Positions 29,161 through 38,865 of a DNA stretch of 64,000 nucleotides are shown here, in pieces (within the stretch, counting starts at the first letter, position 1; the number at the start of each line of letters is the position of its first letter). The notes beneath the pieces were generated by a model, which searched no databases, had not been told where the DNA came from, and saw only the letters and a list, made by a program, of their open reading frames with translations. The DNA is from Spirochaetia bacterium (GTDB taxonomy: Bacteria; Spirochaetota; Leptospiria; Turneriellales; JAOUFE01). The DNA lies in NCBI GenBank assembly GCA_029857955.1, contig JAOUFY010000001.1:95929-159928 (forward strand), read 5' to 3'. The position numbers and the translations under genes are program-made.

Positions 29161-30021
29161 CTAAAATTCCTTTTTATAAATGGTTCCTTCAGGAAAACGA
29201 CAAACAACTAGTTTTTCCGGCATTATATTAAGTACTTCGCTATAACCTAGAAATAAATATCCCCCATGATTTAAGGAATTATAAAATTTTTGCATGATCT
29301 CGTATTGTGTTTGTTTATCAAAGTAAATCAGTACGTTTCGGCAAAAGAGTACATCCACATCCAGGATGTAATCGTCTGACATAATATTTTGATATTGAAA
29401 ATTTACTTTTTCTTTTAAGAGCGGTTTAACGCTTAAAACTTTTTTGGCATATGGAAGCGTACTGTTCTCTGGCGATATTTGATTAAAATAAGTATGGATT
29501 TGGTATTCAGTCAATTGATTTATTCGTCTGTCTGCATATTCTGCATTACGTGCAAATTCTAAAACCCGCTTTGAAACATCTGTACCGATGATTGAAATTT
29601 TTAATTCAGGATGATCCTTTTCATACTCAAGAGATACCATGGAAAGGTCATACGCCTCTTCGCCTGTAGATGTTCCACAAGACCATATTTTTATTTGATT
29701 ACCATGTTTTAAAGAAAATTCAGGCAAAACATAGTCAGCCAAGATTTTATAATGATTATTTCCGCGTTGAAAGTAAGTTTCATTTATGGTTATGGCCTCA
29801 AATAGATTGTATTTTTCAATTGAGCTTTGAGAATTATTAATTAAATAATTCCAGTATTCGTCATAGCCAGTTAAATGAAGGGTTTTAATTCGTTTTCGTA
29901 ATCTGCTGCCAAGAAATACTTTTTTATCTTCTTTAATAACTATACCACAATTATCATAAATATAGTTTCGAAAATTTAAAAAAGTATGATCGTCAAAATC
30001 TTTTAAATCAGCTTTTGACAC
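29161..30021 (-). CDS. cheR: chemotaxis protein methyltransferase
   Basis: CheR N-terminal helical domain followed by the SAM-binding IWSCGTSTGEEAYDL and FCRNVLIYFD. Confidence 0.85.
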   Translation of the reverse strand: MSKADLKDFDDHTFLNFRNYIYDNCGIVIKEDKKVFLGSRLRKRIKTLHLTGYDEYWNYLINNSQSSIEKYNLFEAITINETYFQRGNNHYKILADYVLPEFSLKHGNQIKIWSCGTSTGEEAYDLSMVSLEYEKDHPELKISIIGTDVSKRVLEFARNAEYADRRINQLTEYQIHTYFNQISPENSTLPYAKKVLSVKPLLKEKVNFQYQNIMSDDYILDVDVLFCRNVLIYFDKQTQYEIMQKFYNSLNHGGYLFLGYSEVLNIMPEKLVVCRFPEGTIYKKEF

Positions 30022-30043
30022 GGAGATTGGTTATCTCCTTTTT

Positions 30044-30457
30044 TTATGGAGTAGTGGCTGGTTTTAAAGGTTCAACCGGTTTTTGTACCGCTTCATTACC
30101 CGGCTTGGCTTCTGCTCCGGGCAGGTTTGCTGAATTTGGTGACAATTCATTTGGTTTTACAGATGTATCATCTTCTAACAAAGGTTTTTCTGTAAAATTT
30201 CCCTGTATTTTTTGAATACTGTTTTCTCCGCTTTTTATAAAAGCAAGACCTAATCCTGTTAACATAAATAAGGCAACAAGAATGGCGGTCATTTTTGTTA
30301 ATACATCTGCAGAACCAGCTCCAAAGGCACTCTGACTGGCGCTACCCCCCATGAGTCCGATTCCAGACGATCTACCCGATTGCATTAAAATAAGTAGAAT
30401 TAATAAAAGACTAACTATAACAAAAAATACGTTTAAAATGGTACCCAATATCTGCAT
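30044..30457 (-). CDS. secG: preprotein translocase subunit SecG with a Pro/Ala-rich C-terminal tail
   Basis: LLILLILMQSGRSSGIGLMGG...FGAGS motif and two TM helices. Confidence 0.8.
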   Translation of the reverse strand: MQILGTILNVFFVIVSLLLILLILMQSGRSSGIGLMGGSASQSAFGAGSADVLTKMTAILVALFMLTGLGLAFIKSGENSIQKIQGNFTEKPLLEDDTSVKPNELSPNSANLPGAEAKPGNEAVQKPVEPLKPATTP

Positions 30458-30732
30458 ATAGTCAAAAAATAAATATTTAACAGAATGTCATTTAAAAAAA
30501 TGTTTGAATTTGCACATTCATTAATATTATATTTAGAACAGTTAGATATGCTTTAATAGCCTCTAAAAATAAATTTTTTAACTATTAAAATTGCAATTAG
30601 ATAAATCATGCTTGAAATGATACATTTTTATGTTAAATATCCGATACTAAAGTAAAAGAATATCGATGAATCAATTAAATAATGATGTTCCTCTGATTAT
30701 ATTCATCAATTCTTGTATTTTAAACTATATTT

Positions 30733-31053
30733 ATGAAAAGTGAAAGAAAATTTTTTTTGATTTTAGTCATTATTTTGATCATTCCAGCTATTATATTTTT
30801 ATTAAAACCAGAAATTAATTTACAAAATAAATTTATTAAATTCAGCTGGCAGGAGGGGTTTCAGGATCTACAAATCGCTATAAAAAAGAAAGATACAAAA
30901 ATGCTAACCAATAAAGTATATGGTAATTTTAATAATATATTTCAAAATGCTGTTCTTAATCAAAAAGTTGATGCTATATATTTAAATTATCTAATAAACA
31001 CCCGATATAAAGCAAAAAAGTTCCTTGATAAATGTAAAACGTTTATCTCATAA
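30733..31053 (+). CDS. hypothetical small membrane-anchored protein
   Basis: ORF with an N-terminal TM helix (FFLILVIILIIPAIIFLL). No recognisable motif. Confidence 0.3.
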   Translation: MKSERKFFLILVIILIIPAIIFLLKPEINLQNKFIKFSWQEGFQDLQIAIKKKDTKMLTNKVYGNFNNIFQNAVLNQKVDAIYLNYLINTRYKAKKFLDKCKTFIS

Positions 31054-31064
31054 TAAAAGATAAC

Positions 31065-32249
31065 TTGTCGATATTTAATAAGATGAAACAGGCGGGTATT
31101 CTTTTAATATTTCCTTTATTGCTGATTCTAAACTTACAAATTTTTAGTGAAAGCAGTAATTTTATTAAAATTGGCGAGATTAACAGAATTGATGCTGCCA
31201 GCAGGGCAGTAGAAGTTATTTTATTTGATGCAAGATTTATAGAACTAGTGAAAAAAAATGATAAACTTCTTGTAATGGACACCGACTTAAACATGGCAGG
31301 AACCATTAAGATCACTTCAATTGAAACAATAAATAACAATTATATAATTCACTGTGAATCGCTTACATCCAATAAAAATTTTTATGCTGGTGAATTTATT
31401 GCCATAAAAATTAATAAAACAAATCAGTCTATGAGTAAAGATGAAAGTAACAAAGAAAAAATGCCTGATAAAGAATATAAAAACCAGAAAGATTCAAGTC
31501 AAATGGTTCTAATCCCTGAAGGCGCATTTATATTCGGCTCTGATATTCCAGGAACAGATCATTACACTACTCCAATTGAAAATGAATTAACAGAAATCCA
31601 AGCGGAATCAGGAAACAAAAGAGCCCGCTACCTAAATTTAAATTCCTATTATATTGATAAATATGAAATTACAGTCGAGCAGTTTAAAAAATTTTTAATT
31701 GAAAGCGGAACCCAACCCCCACCCTCATGGGATGAAAATGTTGACCCCGGTCTACCTGTATCTAATTTAAGTTATTATCAAGCTGAGAACTATTGTCATT
31801 GGGCTGGCAAGCGGTTACCAACGGAATTAGAATGGGAAAAAGCAACAAGAGGATCGGGGATATTATCAACCTTTACTAAAAATGATGTTGTTTATTATCG
31901 GGAAAAAATAAATATTTACCCGAGCGGTCTCGAATTTGATAAGAACTCATGTATAACGCGAGAAACAACCAATGCACTTGAAAATGTTTATCATTTAACA
32001 GATAAAAACTACTATGGAATCTACGGCACATGCGGAAATGCAGCTGAGTGGACTTCCAGCTGGTTATTGCCTTATAAAGGAAATTCAATTAAAAACATTA
32101 ATTATGGAAGAAAATATAAAGTTATACGCGGAGGTGCATATAATTTACCTTCAAAATGGACAAAAGGCTATGAACGCATGATCGGCGGTATTCCATCTTT
32201 AAAAGAAGATTTTAGAGCCGGCGTTAGATGTGTTCGTGATATCAGATAA
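31065..32249 (+). CDS. FGE-sulfatase (SUMF1/EgtB/PvdO) domain protein with an N-terminal unknown domain
   Basis: C-terminal half carries YYIDKYEIT, WAGKRLPTELEWEKA, RGGAY and FRAGVRCV, typical of the formylglycine-generating-enzyme fold. The true start may be the internal MKQAG. Confidence 0.75.
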   Translation: MSIFNKMKQAGILLIFPLLLILNLQIFSESSNFIKIGEINRIDAASRAVEVILFDARFIELVKKNDKLLVMDTDLNMAGTIKITSIETINNNYIIHCESLTSNKNFYAGEFIAIKINKTNQSMSKDESNKEKMPDKEYKNQKDSSQMVLIPEGAFIFGSDIPGTDHYTTPIENELTEIQAESGNKRARYLNLNSYYIDKYEITVEQFKKFLIESGTQPPPSWDENVDPGLPVSNLSYYQAENYCHWAGKRLPTELEWEKATRGSGILSTFTKNDVVYYREKINIYPSGLEFDKNSCITRETTNALENVYHLTDKNYYGIYGTCGNAAEWTSSWLLPYKGNSIKNINYGRKYKVIRGGAYNLPSKWTKGYERMIGGIPSLKEDFRAGVRCVRDIR

Positions 32250-33435
32250 TTTTATGTTTTCTCAAATATTTAAAGATATATGGAACAATAAAATCAGTAA
32301 ATATTTTTTACTGTTTATGATCACTCTTACATTAATCGGCTTGTCTCTTAGCTTTAAAATGCCCATTTATAATTTTTTTTTCCGGCTATTTGTCGGGGAA
32401 GTTTTTTTTGATCCCTACACCTTCAAGACAGGTGAATATACTTTTAATGAAAATCAAAAAAAATCTGAAAAATTATTTAGAAAAGGGTATAAAAAACTCG
32501 TAAAAATCGCATCCAATCTCTACAAAATTGAATATTCGGAGCCAATATTATCTGATAAATTTGACCATGAAAAATCATGGGAAGCGCTATCTTCCGAAGA
32601 TTCAATCAACATTGTATCCATGTTATTTCACGATTTGGAATTATTTTGTGTCCCGTTTGACGACAGTGAAAACGATCCAGATTTACACGAGAATGAAAAC
32701 CTTAAAAAAAGATACAATGTTAAACGAGAGTCTTCACTTGATAGCCTGCAATACGCCATTAAAGACGATGAGTTTGCCAAATATGCAAATGAGTTATTAA
32801 GCATTGATCAAAATTATTTTTACCTTGCATTGCAAAAAAAACCAGATTCAATGCCGGCGTTAAAAATGCGAGAAAAAATACTACGTTCTGTCTGCAAGCC
32901 CCAGAAAATTTCAGTTGAAATGACCAGAGCCCTGGAATACCGCGAGTATATAACTGAAAAAAAAACATATTTAAATTACAAGGGAGGTAACCCTGATTTT
33001 ATTGCAGATGAAACTTACAATAGCCTTAGAAAAGATAAATTTTATGGCAAACTGTTAAAAGAACAATTTCAAAACACTTATTTTATAACCCAGAACATTA
33101 ATGATCGTTTACAACAGAGTTATAATTACTATATTTTAAAACATGATGATTTCTATCTTGAAAATTATGTCCAAAGCGCACTTGAATATTCAAGAAATTC
33201 CGGATTTCAAAAAACCGGAAAAATTTATGAAAAACTTCTGACATTGTTAGACAGTAAAACAAATAACAACAAAACCCTTCTCTACGCTCTAGCTGAAGTC
33301 AGTTTTCGACTTCATAAATTTGACGATACAAAAAAATACCTTGATCAACTTTCCCAGACATCAAAACTTGCTGGTTATGATTTTTATAAAGTTAAACGCT
33401 TGTATTTTTTACTTGAATTGAACAATGAAGGGTAG
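32230..33435 (+). CDS. hypothetical protein (N-terminal TM helix, helical repeat-like body)
   Basis: 401-aa ORF overlapping the FGE gene end by 20 nt. No recognisable catalytic motif. Confidence 0.4.
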   Translation: MFVISDNFMFSQIFKDIWNNKISKYFLLFMITLTLIGLSLSFKMPIYNFFFRLFVGEVFFDPYTFKTGEYTFNENQKKSEKLFRKGYKKLVKIASNLYKIEYSEPILSDKFDHEKSWEALSSEDSINIVSMLFHDLELFCVPFDDSENDPDLHENENLKKRYNVKRESSLDSLQYAIKDDEFAKYANELLSIDQNYFYLALQKKPDSMPALKMREKILRSVCKPQKISVEMTRALEYREYITEKKTYLNYKGGNPDFIADETYNSLRKDKFYGKLLKEQFQNTYFITQNINDRLQQSYNYYILKHDDFYLENYVQSALEYSRNSGFQKTGKIYEKLLTLLDSKTNNNKTLLYALAEVSFRLHKFDDTKKYLDQLSQTSKLAGYDFYKVKRLYFLLELNNEG

Positions 33436-33445
33436 CTTTTAAAAA

Positions 33446-34117
33446 TTAATTAAATTTGACTTTAAATTCTGAAAGCATTTTTTTATAATCAATATTTTTT
33501 TCAATTTTATATCTTTCATATAAAGATTTAACAAATTCTTGTTTTAATAAACCGCGTTTTTCCTGAATCATGTTTTGCTTAGTAAACAGCAAGCCCTCTT
33601 CAATCGGTACTGTCTTATAATTCTCATTTTTTTCTCGTTCAGCAAGCCATCTGCTTTCAACATCCTCATCTTTGACATCTACCTTTATTTTTGAAATGAT
33701 ATTATTTAAATAAAGTTGAGTTATTGTAAAATCATGTAAAAACTTTTCAATTTGAATTGTATCTTTTTTTTCAAAATAATGGTTTTCTGCGGCATGTTTC
33801 TTCAAAAGCATGATTGTCATATAATTTTCGCCGAAAATACCCGGATTCATTTGCTCAGCCATGGCCCTGGATCTGGGATCTGCTATATTTTCTGCTTTAT
33901 TGATATATTCCAGCAATGCATCCGTAGAAGTGCCCATTTGTAAAGACATAAGCTGCAAATACGACTTGTAGTCATTAGAAAACTCATCTAACGTATACTC
34001 TTGCTTATCAATCTTCCATAACCAATCGCCTGCCTTTGAATACAATGGAAAAACAAACACTGCAAGAACAGGAATGATTAGATACTTTTTTTTAGATGAC
34101 TTTTTATTTAAAATCAT
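33446..34117 (-). CDS. hypothetical secreted protein, possibly SurA N-terminal-domain-like chaperone
   Basis: Signal peptide and a helical body. There is only loose resemblance to SurA_N-type domains and no PPIase motif. Confidence 0.35.
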   Translation of the reverse strand: MILNKKSSKKKYLIIPVLAVFVFPLYSKAGDWLWKIDKQEYTLDEFSNDYKSYLQLMSLQMGTSTDALLEYINKAENIADPRSRAMAEQMNPGIFGENYMTIMLLKKHAAENHYFEKKDTIQIEKFLHDFTITQLYLNNIISKIKVDVKDEDVESRWLAEREKNENYKTVPIEEGLLFTKQNMIQEKRGLLKQEFVKSLYERYKIEKNIDYKKMLSEFKVKFN

Positions 34118-34124
34118 ATTATTT

Positions 34125-34532
34125 CTATTCCTGATCTTCCAGTTTTTTTTGCATTTGATAAATTCGAAACGTTAGAATAAATATAAGCAAAAGGAGAATG
34201 GTCACCGCCAGAAATACATAAAAAAACCTGTCAGCAGCTGTTTTATCTGCCTTCCTTTTATAGTATTCTTCAATTAACCAAAATTTGCGAGATTCTTTTA
34301 TATTTTGAACATTCTGCATTTTATCTGACGACATATACTGATTTGTAAAATTTTCCAGCATCTCGAAAGAAAAACCGGATAATATATTCCTTGCTTCTTT
34401 GGTTTCTGCGTTATAAAAAAGTTCAAATGATTTTTCGTCTTCTGATTTTCCTGTGTCTTGAGAATATAGCGTTGAGACTTTAAACATTAAAATGATGGTT
34501 GCCGCCATCCGTATTTTTTTATTTACTTTCAT
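34125..34532 (-). CDS. hypothetical protein with signal peptide and a C-terminal TM helix (CcmD-like tail?)
   Basis: 135 aa. It starts 8 nt after the ccmC stop. The C-terminal FFYVFLAVTILLLLIFILTFRIYQMQKK resembles the single-TM layout of CcmD. Confidence 0.4.
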   Translation of the reverse strand: MKVNKKIRMAATIILMFKVSTLYSQDTGKSEDEKSFELFYNAETKEARNILSGFSFEMLENFTNQYMSSDKMQNVQNIKESRKFWLIEEYYKRKADKTAADRFFYVFLAVTILLLLIFILTFRIYQMQKKLEDQE

Positions 34533-34540
34533 AATTTCAA

Positions 34541-35245
34541 TTATCCTTTTGCCTCTAATATTCTTCTTTCTTGTTCTAAAAACCTGTAATATAAATAACT
34601 TAATAATAACGACAGCAATTGAAACGCAGCCAAAGATACCAGCAATGTAATCAACATTTGTTCCGAAATACTGCCAACAGGTTTAGGGTGAGACGGCGGA
34701 TTCCATATTCGTATGGCCATGTATACAAGAGGGACATTAAAAAAAGCAACAATTCCCAGAATTGCTGAAAACCTTGCCCTTTTCTGAGGATCAGCGACTC
34801 CCATGCGCAAAAGCATATAACCGGCATACGCCATCCATAAAATAAAATAAGTCACCAGTCTCTGGTCAGTCCAGTTCCAATACCCGCCCCAGATTGGTTT
34901 TGCCCACAGTGGCCCTGTAATTAAAACCCCTGTTGTAAATACCCAGCCTACGGTTGCATATGCTGAAGCCAGGCTGTCATTTTTTAAATTACGTCTGGCA
35001 AGATAAATGATACTGTATAAAAATGACAGGGCAAAACACACGCCTGATACCCATGCTGTAGGTACATGATAGTAAAAAATCCTTTGAGCGATTCCCTGTC
35101 TTGTATCGGATGGTACCCAGAAAAAAGTCATCCAGGCCGCCAAGAACCACAAGATCATTGTAACCCCAATCCAGTATGGCATAATACGTGCCAAAGTCGA
35201 TGTATTTTTGCTTTTCACTTGGTTGCCATTTTTTCTTTTTACCAT
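34541..35245 (-). CDS. ccmC: heme exporter protein C (cytochrome c maturation system I)
   Basis: WWD-type tryptophan-rich motif PIWGGYWNWTDQRL with flanking conserved His residues. Six predicted TM helices. Confidence 0.8.
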   Translation of the reverse strand: MVKRKNGNQVKSKNTSTLARIMPYWIGVTMILWFLAAWMTFFWVPSDTRQGIAQRIFYYHVPTAWVSGVCFALSFLYSIIYLARRNLKNDSLASAYATVGWVFTTGVLITGPLWAKPIWGGYWNWTDQRLVTYFILWMAYAGYMLLRMGVADPQKRARFSAILGIVAFFNVPLVYMAIRIWNPPSHPKPVGSISEQMLITLLVSLAAFQLLSLLLSYLYYRFLEQERRILEAKG

Positions 35246-35374
35246 GTTGTGGCAAGAATTTCCTTTTTACAACGATAATTTGGTTTTGCCGTAATTATCA
35301 ATTCATGCTGCGTGTGCCAATATTTCCGCCGACTAAAAACCGACATTGTTTAAAAGAAAAGAACGAAAAATATA

Positions 35375-36139
35375 ATGAAAAAAACAAACCAACAAACTAA
35401 AAAAGAAGTAAAACCCAAAAAAAGAGAAAATGTTTTCATCAACATTTTATTTAACATCATCATACCGTCTCTCATTTTAATGAAACTAAGCAAGCCTCAA
35501 TGGCTGGGGCCGGTTTACAGCTTAATGCTGGCTATTTGCTTTCCGGTTAGTTATGGAATCTATGATTTGGTTAAATCAAGAAAATGGAATTTTTTTTCTA
35601 TCGTTGGTATTTTTAACGTTAGTTTAACCGGCGGTTTTTCTCTCATGCAATTAAACGGATTCTGGTTTGCCGTCAAAGGTGCTGCTGAACCTCTTATTTT
35701 TGCCCTGGCAACTTTATTTTCATTAAAAACCCGTTATCCTTTGGTAAAAACAATTCTTTTAAATCCAGGCGTTATGCACGTCGAACTGATTAATGAAAGA
35801 ATTAAAACTGCTAAAGCTGAAAAGGGATTTGGTCAACTTCTTGTAAAATGCACCTATATGGTTGCCGGTTCTTTTTTACTGAGTATGGTCACCCACTTTG
35901 TTCTAGCCATCAGTATTTTAAAAAGCGCCCCCGGCACGCCGGAATTTAATGCCGAGCTTGGCTATATGACGTCCCTTGGCTTTCCTGTTAATGCGCTCCC
36001 CGCCATGATTGTTCTTGGCGGCGCCCTGTGGTATTTATTTTCAGGAATTAAAAAACTTACCGGACTTGATTTTAACGAAATCATCATCGACCATCAAAAC
36101 GAACCAGCCGAAATTAAATCAAATGAGAAAAGTATTTAA
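35375..36139 (+). CDS. conserved inner-membrane protein (septation-protein-A/VC0807-like)
   Basis: Lys-rich N-terminus then NILFNIIIPSLILMKLS and several TM helices. The family assignment is from memory only. Confidence 0.5.
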   Translation: MKKTNQQTKKEVKPKKRENVFINILFNIIIPSLILMKLSKPQWLGPVYSLMLAICFPVSYGIYDLVKSRKWNFFSIVGIFNVSLTGGFSLMQLNGFWFAVKGAAEPLIFALATLFSLKTRYPLVKTILLNPGVMHVELINERIKTAKAEKGFGQLLVKCTYMVAGSFLLSMVTHFVLAISILKSAPGTPEFNAELGYMTSLGFPVNALPAMIVLGGALWYLFSGIKKLTGLDFNEIIIDHQNEPAEIKSNEKSI

Positions 36140-36150
36140 ATATAATTAAC

Positions 36151-37131
36151 ATGAACGAAAATAACAAATCTGAAAACTTTAAACTGGACATTCATACCAA
36201 TCATGTTAAAAGCGTACTCGATATTCTAGGCTCGAAAAAATTCAGCTACTCTGCTGAAATCATTCCTCCCAGAAACGGGACTGATTTTCTGGAAGTTTTT
36301 TCGCACATTGAAGAACTAGAAAAATCACAATTTGATTTTATTTCGGTAACTCACGGCGCTGGGGGATCTCTGCGAGGAGGAACCTTGCCGATCGCCTATC
36401 ATTCCCAGAATGCCTACAACCTTACTTCCATAGCTCATCTTACCTGCAGGGGAATGACGGCTGAAGAGCTTGAAAACCTTTTAATTGACCATCATTATTT
36501 TGGCATCCATAATATTCTTGCGTTAAGAGGAGATCCGCCTGACGGTTTAAATGAAACGTTTCAACCTGCCGCAGGTGGATTTTCGTATGCCTATGATCTG
36601 GTTCGTTTAATTAAAAATGTAAATGCCGGTAAATATCTTAAAAGGAGCGGATTTGATTCTTCTGAAAAAGAATACCGCGAAGGTATAAAAACGAGATTTT
36701 GCATTGGAGTTGCCTGCTACCCTGAAGATAAAAACGGAAAAGATATTGAATATTTAAAGATAAAAAAAGAAACCGGAGCAGATTTTTCAATTTCGCAGAT
36801 TGTTTTTGATTTTGAAATTTTTTCTCGCTTTCATGATAAATGTAGCCGGTTATGGAAAGATACTTTTCCGATCATTCCCGGCATAAGAGTTCCTACCTCG
36901 TATAAACAATTGAAAAGAATGAAAGACAAGTTTGGTATAAACGTACCTGATCAACTTTTAAATGATATGGAAAAAGCCGCCAAGTCGGAAGTCTTAATGC
37001 AAGAAGTCGGAGTAAACTGGGCAACCGATTTTGTCGCTAAAATCAAATCTCTCGGAGTTAAAGGAATACACTTCTTTATAATGGGAAATCCCCAACATGC
37101 AATTTTAGTTAAACATAATGATAGAATTTGA
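36151..37131 (+). CDS. metF: 5,10-methylenetetrahydrofolate reductase
   Basis: FSYSAEIIPPRNG, ISVTHGAGGS, HLTCRG and ILALRGDPP motifs. Confidence 0.85.
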   Translation: MNENNKSENFKLDIHTNHVKSVLDILGSKKFSYSAEIIPPRNGTDFLEVFSHIEELEKSQFDFISVTHGAGGSLRGGTLPIAYHSQNAYNLTSIAHLTCRGMTAEELENLLIDHHYFGIHNILALRGDPPDGLNETFQPAAGGFSYAYDLVRLIKNVNAGKYLKRSGFDSSEKEYREGIKTRFCIGVACYPEDKNGKDIEYLKIKKETGADFSISQIVFDFEIFSRFHDKCSRLWKDTFPIIPGIRVPTSYKQLKRMKDKFGINVPDQLLNDMEKAAKSEVLMQEVGVNWATDFVAKIKSLGVKGIHFFIMGNPQHAILVKHNDRI

Positions 37132-37930
37132 AGATATAAAAACAATTAAAAACGCTATTTTAAAAGCAGGAAAAATAATTTTACATTATCAGAACAAGAA
37201 AAATTACCAGGTCAATTATAAAAATCCTGGCGATCCCGTGACGACAGCCGATGACGAAGCAAATGAAATCATTATAGAGGCAATAGAAAAAATATTTCCA
37301 AATGATGTTATTGTTTCTGAAGAAGCGTATAACGATAAAACCAAAGCCGTCGTTGATCAAAAGCGAAAAAATTCAAAACGAGTCTGGATCATCGACCCTC
37401 TCGATGGAACAAAAGATTTTATAAAGGGTCTGCCCTATTTTGCAGTATCCGTCGGCTTTCTTTTAGACGATAAACCTGAACTGGGGTTTATATACAATCC
37501 CTCAAAGAAGTTTTTTTTACACGGAGGAAATAATTACGGAATATTTTATAATGATCTACTCCATAACCAGAGAGACAGGAAAATTGAAAAACTGGAAGAT
37601 TTAAAAATATGTATTTCAACTAGCGAAGTTAAACAAAACTTGTTTACAGAGCTTATGAAATCCATACCTGAAGACAACATTGAATTTATAGGCTCTGTTG
37701 CCTATAAAATGGGACTTATCGCCTATGGTGAATTTGACCTTATTCTTTCTAAAAGAGAAAAATCAGACTGGGATATTGCCGGCGGTATCGCTTTGCTTCA
37801 AAATTTAAATTTTGAAATATTAGATCAGCACTTTAATCCGGTAGTTTTAAACAAGGAAAGTGTTCTAACTGACGGGCTGATTGTAGGCAGCAAATCCGCA
37901 GTTGATCTATATCGAAATTTTATCGGTTGA
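37118..37930 (+). CDS. inositol monophosphatase-family phosphatase
   Basis: VSEE metal-binding motif and WIIDPLDGTKDF (DPxDGT). 14-nt overlap with metF. Confidence 0.8.
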   Translation: MIEFEDIKTIKNAILKAGKIILHYQNKKNYQVNYKNPGDPVTTADDEANEIIIEAIEKIFPNDVIVSEEAYNDKTKAVVDQKRKNSKRVWIIDPLDGTKDFIKGLPYFAVSVGFLLDDKPELGFIYNPSKKFFLHGGNNYGIFYNDLLHNQRDRKIEKLEDLKICISTSEVKQNLFTELMKSIPEDNIEFIGSVAYKMGLIAYGEFDLILSKREKSDWDIAGGIALLQNLNFEILDQHFNPVVLNKESVLTDGLIVGSKSAVDLYRNFIG

Positions 37931-38845
37931 TTTTGATGGCTGTGTTTTCCACCGGTTATGCGCCCAGAAATAATCGGAAGGATGCTCGATGATAGCCTTT
38001 TCAAGCATACTTACCCAAGATTGAGTAAATTGCCTGTCCCATTCATCCGGATCTTTTACAGGATCAGCCAGCGGCTTTTGTAACTTTTCAAATCTGGTGT
38101 TTAACTTTTCCTTTTCATGATAGGAGTATGCAAAAAAAGCATCGCAACCGGTCATACGCGCAATGACAGCAGGTCCTTGAAAAGTAGACGCCGGGCGATT
38201 TAAAAAATTAATAAATCTGCCGTTTCCCCCTGCATCTTGATCTGCAAGAAAACACAGTACATTTTTATTTTTTATTAAACGAATGTATTGAAAAAATCCC
38301 TTGTCGGTAAAAACAGATAAAACTCCTCCAGCTCTTCGAAGTTTTTCAAAAAATACATTTGACCAGGGATTGGACTGTCGCTTGGCAAGGGCATAAATAC
38401 GTCCGGGCATCCAGCTTGAAAACAAAGCACCATGCCATTCCCAATTACCCATATGACCTAAAATAGCAATACACCCATTCTGGCTATCCTCAATTGTTTT
38501 TTCTTTAGAAGGAAAAAATGAAATTTTTAAATTTAAATTTTGATGAATTAATTTAGGCAAATCAATGTATTCAGCTACAAAACGCCCCATGTTTTTTATA
38601 TTTTTATCGGCAATATCGTTTACCCACTCTTCGCTCTTGTCGGGAAAAGCAAATTGAATATTGCTTTTTATCAGTTTTTTTCTTTTTTTAATCATCGCTG
38701 CCACAAGAACTAAAATATTTTCCGAAACTTTAATGCGAAACCACAACGGCATAAGTTGTAACAGTAAAATAATAAAACGAAATACAATAAATTGTATATA
38801 TTTTGAAATTTTATTTTTCATACTCATCTCAATAACCCAGATCAC
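37907..38845 (-). CDS. lipid A biosynthesis (Kdo)2-lipid IVA acyltransferase family protein (LpxL/HtrB-like)
   Basis: N-terminal TM helix and ILGHMGNWEW (HX4 acyltransferase motif region). Length and layout are typical of LpxL-family enzymes. Confidence 0.75.
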   Translation of the reverse strand: MIWVIEMSMKNKISKYIQFIVFRFIILLLQLMPLWFRIKVSENILVLVAAMIKKRKKLIKSNIQFAFPDKSEEWVNDIADKNIKNMGRFVAEYIDLPKLIHQNLNLKISFFPSKEKTIEDSQNGCIAILGHMGNWEWHGALFSSWMPGRIYALAKRQSNPWSNVFFEKLRRAGGVLSVFTDKGFFQYIRLIKNKNVLCFLADQDAGGNGRFINFLNRPASTFQGPAVIARMTGCDAFFAYSYHEKEKLNTRFEKLQKPLADPVKDPDEWDRQFTQSWVSMLEKAIIEHPSDYFWAHNRWKTQPSKSTDKISI

Positions 38846-38865
38846 CCCAGGACTTACTTAAAAGT

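Noticed and set aside
37907-37930. A 24-nt convergent overlap between the 3' ends of the inositol monophosphatase gene and the LpxL-family gene.
   Set aside because: Short 3'-3' overlaps are common in compact genomes. There is no sign of a frameshift or a mis-called stop.
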